Virus record (IMG/VR): IMGVR_UViG_2547132274_000016 | Coordinates: 1-21,220 of that record | Direction: 5' to 3' (one strand) | Source of the DNA: a virus | Taxonomy: Duplodnaviria; Heunggongvirae; Uroviricota; Caudoviricetes | DNA: 21,220 nt | Shown: piece after piece, positions 17,108 to 21,220 of the stretch | How positions within the stretch are numbered: position 1 is the first letter of the stretch | Layout: every line of letters begins with the position of its first letter | Translations under genes and position numbers: made by a program | The notes under the pieces: generated by a model | What the model was told of the DNA's origin: nothing | Databases searched by the model: none | What the model saw: only the letters and a program-made list of their open reading frames with translations

Positions 17108-17604
17108 TGCCGGTAATTAACACGCATCAGAATATCGCGGCCTTTCTCGACATGCTGGCGGTATCCGAAGGGACGGCGAACCATCCGCTGACGAAAAAAC
17201 GTGGCTATGACGTGATAGTCACCGGACTGGACGGGAAGCCGGAAATCTTCACCGACTACAGTGACCACCCGTTCGCACATGGCCGACCGGCGAAGGTGTT
17301 TAACCGTCGCGGTGAAAAATCCACGGCCTCCGGTCGCTATCAGCAGCTTTACCTGTTCTGGCCGCATTACCGCAAACAGCTTGCCCTGCCGGATTTCAGT
17401 CCGTTGTCACAGGACAGACTTGCCATTCAGTTGATCCGCGAACGCGGTGCACTGGATGACATCCGGGCGGGACGCATTGAGCGCGCCATTTCACGCTGTC
17501 GCAATATCTGGGCGTCCCTGCCGGGTGCCGGTTACGGTCAGCGTGAGCATTCACTGGAAAAACTGGTCACTGTCTGGCGTACCGCTGGCGGCGTACCGGC
17601 TTAA
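17107..17604 (+). CDS. K: Endolysin (lysozyme) gpK
   Basis: 165 aa, lysozyme-family sequence, follows the holin; length as P2 K. Confidence 0.9.
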   Translation: MPVINTHQNIAAFLDMLAVSEGTANHPLTKKRGYDVIVTGLDGKPEIFTDYSDHPFAHGRPAKVFNRRGEKSTASGRYQQLYLFWPHYRKQLALPDFSPLSQDRLAIQLIRERGALDDIRAGRIERAISRCRNIWASLPGAGYGQREHSLEKLVTVWRTAGGVPA

Positions 17605-17618
17605 ACGGAGTAAACACC

Positions 17619-18044
17619 ATGAAGAAATTATCCCTTTCACTGATGCTGAACGTGTCGCTGGCGCTGATGCTGGCACTGTCCCTGATTTATCCGCAGAGCG
17701 TGGCCGTCAGTTTTGTCGCTGCCTGGGCGATTCTGGCGACGGTTATCTGTGTGGTTGCCGGTGGTGTCGGCGTGTATGCCACTGAGTATGTGCTGGAACG
17801 CTACGGGCGGGAGCTGCCGCCGGAATCGCTGGCCGTGAAGATTGTCACGTCGCTGTTTTTGCAGCCGGTGCCGTGGCGCAGGCGGGCAGCGGCTCTGGTG
17901 GTGATGGTGGCGACGTTTATCTCGCTGGTCGCTGCCGGGTGGATTTTTACCGCGCTGATTTATCTCGTGGCGTCGCTGTTCTTCCGGCTGATATGTACGG
18001 CCTGCCGTCAGCGTCTTGAGGAGCGGGAACCATGTCAAAGCTGA
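17619..18044 (+). CDS. lysA: Lysis regulatory membrane protein LysA
   Basis: 141 aa, multiple hydrophobic helices, position and size as P2 lysA. Confidence 0.75.
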   Translation: MKKLSLSLMLNVSLALMLALSLIYPQSVAVSFVAAWAILATVICVVAGGVGVYATEYVLERYGRELPPESLAVKIVTSLFLQPVPWRRRAAALVVMVATFISLVAAGWIFTALIYLVASLFFRLICTACRQRLEEREPCQS

Positions 18045-18457
18045 TGATTGTGCTGGTCGTGTTGTTATCGCTGGCGGTGTCCGGTCTGTTTCTGGTGAAA
18101 CACAAAAATGCCAGCCTGCGCGCCTCGCTGGACAGGGCGAATAACGTCGCCAGTGAACAGCAGACGACCATCACCATGCTGAAAAATCAGCTTCATGTTG
18201 CCCTCACCAGGGCAGACAAAAACGAGCTGGCGCAGGTGGCACTGCGTCAGGAGCTGGAAAACGCCGCGAAGCGTGAAGCACAGCGCGAGAAAACCATCAC
18301 GAGGTTACTGAATGAAAACGAAGATTTTCGCCGCTGGTACGGTGCTGACCTGCCTGATGCTGTGCGCCGGTTGCACCAGCGCCCGGCCTGCACCGACGCC
18401 AGTGATTGTCGCCAACGCCTGCCCGAAAGTGAGTCTTTGCCCGATGCCGGGCAGTGA
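18032..18457 (+). CDS. lysB: Spanin inner-membrane subunit LysB (Rz-like)
   Basis: 141 aa, N-terminal TM helix then coiled-coil region; position and size as P2 lysB. Confidence 0.75.
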   Translation: MSKLMIVLVVLLSLAVSGLFLVKHKNASLRASLDRANNVASEQQTTITMLKNQLHVALTRADKNELAQVALRQELENAAKREAQREKTITRLLNENEDFRRWYGADLPDAVRRLHQRPACTDASDCRQRLPESESLPDAGQ

Positions 18458-18602
18458 CCCGGAGACGAACGGCGATTTAAGTGCCGATATCCGGCAGCTT
18501 GAGAACGCGCTGGCACGCTGTGCCAGCCAGGTAAAAATGATTAAACACTGTCAGGACGAAAACGATGCTCAAACCCGACAGCCTGCGCAGGGCGCTGACT
18601 GA
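18312..18602 (+). CDS. lysC: Spanin outer-membrane lipoprotein LysC (Rz1-like), embedded/overlapping in lysB
   Basis: 96 aa in an alternative frame overlapping the 3' part of lysB and the start of R; signal peptide with lipobox LCAGC. Confidence 0.7.
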   Translation: MKTKIFAAGTVLTCLMLCAGCTSARPAPTPVIVANACPKVSLCPMPGSDPETNGDLSADIRQLENALARCASQVKMIKHCQDENDAQTRQPAQGAD

Positions 18603-19032
18603 TGCCGTCACGGTGCTGAAAACCAGTCCAGAGATGCTGCGGATATTCGTGGATAACGGGAGTATTGCCTCCACACTGGCGACGTCGCTGTCATTCGAAA
18701 AGCGTTACACGCTCAATGTGATTGTGACCGACTTTACCGGTGATTTTGACCTGCTCATCGTGCCGGTGCTGGCGTGGCTGCGGGAAAATCAGCCCGACAT
18801 CATGACCACCGACGAAGGCCAGAAAAAAGGTTTCACGTTTTATGCAGACATCAACAATGACAGCAGCTTTGATATCAGCATCAGCCTGATGCTGACCGAG
18901 CGCACGCTGGTCAGTGAGGTTGACGGCGCACTGCATGTGAATAATATCCCGGAACCCCCGCCGCCGGAGCCGGTCACCCGCCCGATGGAGCTTTATATCA
19001 ATGGCGAACTGGTGAGCAAGTGGGATGAATGA
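18565..19032 (+). CDS. R: Tail completion protein gpR
   Basis: 155 aa, size and position as P2 R. Confidence 0.8.
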   Translation: MLKPDSLRRALTDAVTVLKTSPEMLRIFVDNGSIASTLATSLSFEKRYTLNVIVTDFTGDFDLLIVPVLAWLRENQPDIMTTDEGQKKGFTFYADINNDSSFDISISLMLTERTLVSEVDGALHVNNIPEPPPPEPVTRPMELYINGELVSKWDE

Positions 19033-19477
19033 GTTTAAGCGTTTTGAAGACCGGCTGACCGGACTGATTGAATCGCTGTCACCGTCAGGGCGTCGGCGAC
19101 TGAGTGCCGAACTGGCGAAACGTCTGCGGCAGAGTCAGCAGCGTCGGGTGATGGCACAGAAAGCCCCGGACGGCACACCCTACGCGCCACGCCAGCAGCA
19201 GAGCGCCAGAAAAAAGACCGGTCGCGTTAAGCGAAAAATGTTTGCGAAACTTATCACCAGTCGTTTTTTGCATATCCGCGCCAGCCCTGAACAGGCATCA
19301 ATGGAGTTTTACGGCGGGAAGTCACCGAAAATCGCCAGTGTGCATCAGTTCGGTCTGTCGGAAGAAACCCGGAAAGACGGTAAGAAAATTGATTATCCGG
19401 CGCGTCCTCTGCTCGGCTTTACCGGTGAGGATGTGCAGATGATTGAAGAGATTATCCTGGCTCACCTCGACCGTTAG
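19025..19477 (+). CDS. S: Tail completion protein gpS
   Basis: 150 aa, overlaps R stop, size and position as P2 S. Confidence 0.8.
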   Translation: MNEFKRFEDRLTGLIESLSPSGRRRLSAELAKRLRQSQQRRVMAQKAPDGTPYAPRQQQSARKKTGRVKRKMFAKLITSRFLHIRASPEQASMEFYGGKSPKIASVHQFGLSEETRKDGKKIDYPARPLLGFTGEDVQMIEEIILAHLDR

Positions 19478-19543
19478 TTGTGCCATTCCCGACACCTCAT
19501 CGTCACATTGCCGCCGGTATGACCCGGCGGCATCCTTCCCGTT

Positions 19544-20185
19544 ATGAACACTCTCGCAAATATTCAGGAACTCGCGCGCGCACTGCGCAACATGATCCGC
19601 CCCGGCATTATCGTCGAAACCGACCTTAACGTCGGTCGCTGCCGTGTGCAGACCGGCGGCATGTGCACTGACTGGCTTCAGTGGCTGACCCATCGCGCCG
19701 GACGTTCGCGCACATGGTGGGCACCTTCCGTGGGGGAACAGGTGCTGATTCTGGCCGTGGGCGGTGAACTCGACACGGCGTTCGTTCTGCCGGGGATTTA
19801 TTCCGGTGATAACCCTCCGCCGTCTGCGTCGGCAGATGCCATGCATATCCGTTTCCCTGACGGGGCGGTGATTGAGTATGAACCCGAAACCAGTGCACTC
19901 ACGGTAAGCGGAATTAAAACGGCCAGCGTGACGGCTTCAGATTCTGTTACTGCCACGGTGCCGGTGGTCACGGTGAAAGCGTCAACCCGTGTCACCCTGG
20001 ACACACCGGAAGTGGTCTGCACCAACAAACTGACTACCGGCACGCTGGAAGTGCAGAAGGGCGGGACGATGTGCGGCAACATCGAGCATACCGACGGGAA
20101 ATTCACGTCTAACGGCGTTCAGGTGGATGACCACGGTCACGGTGGTGTTAAGTCAGGAGACAACTGGACACAGGGGACAAAATGA
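19544..20185 (+). CDS. V: Baseplate spike/assembly protein gpV
   Basis: 213 aa (P2 V ~211), first gene after an intergenic late-promoter region. Confidence 0.85.
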   Translation: MNTLANIQELARALRNMIRPGIIVETDLNVGRCRVQTGGMCTDWLQWLTHRAGRSRTWWAPSVGEQVLILAVGGELDTAFVLPGIYSGDNPPPSASADAMHIRFPDGAVIEYEPETSALTVSGIKTASVTASDSVTATVPVVTVKASTRVTLDTPEVVCTNKLTTGTLEVQKGGTMCGNIEHTDGKFTSNGVQVDDHGHGGVKSGDNWTQGTK

Positions 20186-20529
20186 CAGCGCGTTATCTCG
20201 GAATGAATCGCAGTGATGGCCAGACTGTCACTGACCTTGAGCATATCAGCCAGAGTATCGGCGATATCCTGCGTACACCGGTCGGCTCGCGGGTGATGCG
20301 TCGTGATTACGGCTCGTTGCTGGCATCAATGATTGACCAGCCGCAGACCCCGGCGCTTGAGTTGCAGATTAAGGTCGCCTGTTACATGGCGGTGCTGAAA
20401 TGGGAACCCCGCGTCACCCTGTCATCTGTCACCACGGCGCGCAGCTTTGACGGGCGAATGACGGTCACGTTAACCGGCCAGCACAACGACACCGGCCAGC
20501 CACTTTCGTTAACCATCCCTGTGAGTTGA
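20182..20529 (+). CDS. W: Baseplate wedge protein gpW (gp25-like)
   Basis: 115 aa, overlaps V stop; size as P2 W. Confidence 0.85.
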   Translation: MTARYLGMNRSDGQTVTDLEHISQSIGDILRTPVGSRVMRRDYGSLLASMIDQPQTPALELQIKVACYMAVLKWEPRVTLSSVTTARSFDGRMTVTLTGQHNDTGQPLSLTIPVS

Positions 20530-20533
20530 AACC

Positions 20534-21220
20534 ATGCCGATTATCGACCTGAACCAGCTACCCGCACCGGATGTGGTCGAGGAGCTGGACTTTGAAACCA
20601 TTCTCGCCGAACGCAAGGCGACACTGATTTCCCTTTACCCGGAAGACCAGCAGGAGGCGGTCGCCCGTACCCTGATGCTGGAATCTGAGCCTCTCGTCAA
20701 ACTGCTGGAGGAAAATGCTTATCGTGAGCTTATCTGGCGTCAGCGTGTGAATGAGGCCGCACGGGCGGTGATGCTGGCCTGTGCTGCCGGTAATGACCTT
20801 GATGTGATTGGTGCCAATTACAACACCACGCGCCTGACTATCACCCCGGCAGATGATTCGACCATCCCGCCGACACCGGCAGTGATGGAATCTGACACCG
20901 ATTATCGTCTGCGTATTCAGCAGGCGTTTGAAGGTTTAAGCGTCGCCGGGTCGGTGGGAGCCTATCAGTATCATGGTCGCAGTGCTGACGGGCGTGTCGC
21001 GGATATTTCTGTCACCAGTCCGTCTCCGGCCTGCGTCACCATCTCTGTGCTGTCACGTGAAAATAACGGTGTCGCATCCGAAGACCTGCTGGCTGTGGTG
21101 CGTAACGCCCTTAATGGCGAGGACGTCAGGCCGGTGGCCGACCGCGTGACCGTGCAGTCTGCCGCCATTGTTGAATACCAGATAAACGCCACGCTTTACC
21201 TTTACCCTGGTCCCGAAAGC
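20534..21220 (+). CDS. J: Baseplate protein gpJ, 5' portion (gene continues past window end)
   Basis: ATG at 20534 four nt after the W stop; open frame to the window edge (MPIIDLNQLPAPDVVEELDFETILAERKATL...); absent from the ORF track because there is no stop in the window. Confidence 0.8.
   Translation, partial: MPIIDLNQLPAPDVVEELDFETILAERKATLISLYPEDQQEAVARTLMLESEPLVKLLEENAYRELIWRQRVNEAARAVMLACAAGNDLDVIGANYNTTRLTITPADDSTIPPTPAVMESDTDYRLRIQQAFEGLSVAGSVGAYQYHGRSADGRVADISVTSPSPACVTISVLSRENNGVASEDLLAVVRNALNGEDVRPVADRVTVQSAAIVEYQINATLYLYPGPES

Larger units (their letters stand above)
986..21220. mobile_element. P2-like (Peduovirus) prophage, left ~20 kb; extends beyond window end
   Basis: Colinear with the P2 prophage map: att-int-C-cox-B-A-(cargo)-cos-Q-P/O-N-M-L-X-Y-K-lysABC-R-S-V-W-J. 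Protein lengths match P2 (Int 337, C 99, Cox 91, A 761, P 590, O 284, N 357, M 247, L 169, X 67, Y 93, K 165, LysA 141, LysB 141, LysC 96, R 155, S 150, W 115). Confidence 0.95.

Noticed and set aside
17637-19898. Antisense ORFs over the lysis and tail genes (17637..18038, 18247..18516, 18691..18936, 19322..19846, 19626..19898)
   Set aside because: Opposite strand to a tightly packed, translationally coupled late operon; composition consistent with random open frames.
1-21220. CRISPR array, retron (reverse transcriptase plus msr/msd), or insertion sequence
   Set aside because: No tandem direct repeats with regular spacers, no reverse-transcriptase-like ORF, and no transposase with terminal inverted repeats were seen anywhere in the window.

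Overview
This window is the junction between a chromosomal gene (yegS, lipid kinase, minus strand, 1..900) and the left ~20 kb of a P2-like (Peduovirus) prophage. Gene order and protein lengths follow phage P2 almost one-for-one: attL core, int, repressor C, cox, B, four small early ORFs, replication gene A, then a cargo region, cos, and the late genes Q-P (minus strand) and O-N-M-L-X-Y-K-lysA-lysB-lysC-R-S-V-W-J (plus strand, J cut by the window end). The best candidate for an undescribed system is the visibly AT-rich cargo between gene A and cos (about 7.6-10.0 kb), where P2 itself carries tin/old. It holds a 2-TM membrane-anchored protein (7838..8569) and a 429-aa protein with a PD-(D/E)xK-like nuclease motif (8682..9971), preceded by two small genes translationally coupled to A. 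I could not assign these to any named defence family from sequence alone. Separately, the portal gene Q carries a single in-frame TAG codon (11044..11046), so the prophage may be unable to make particles while keeping its cargo. All identifications rest on reading the translations and recalling P2 gene order and sizes; no database search was run.
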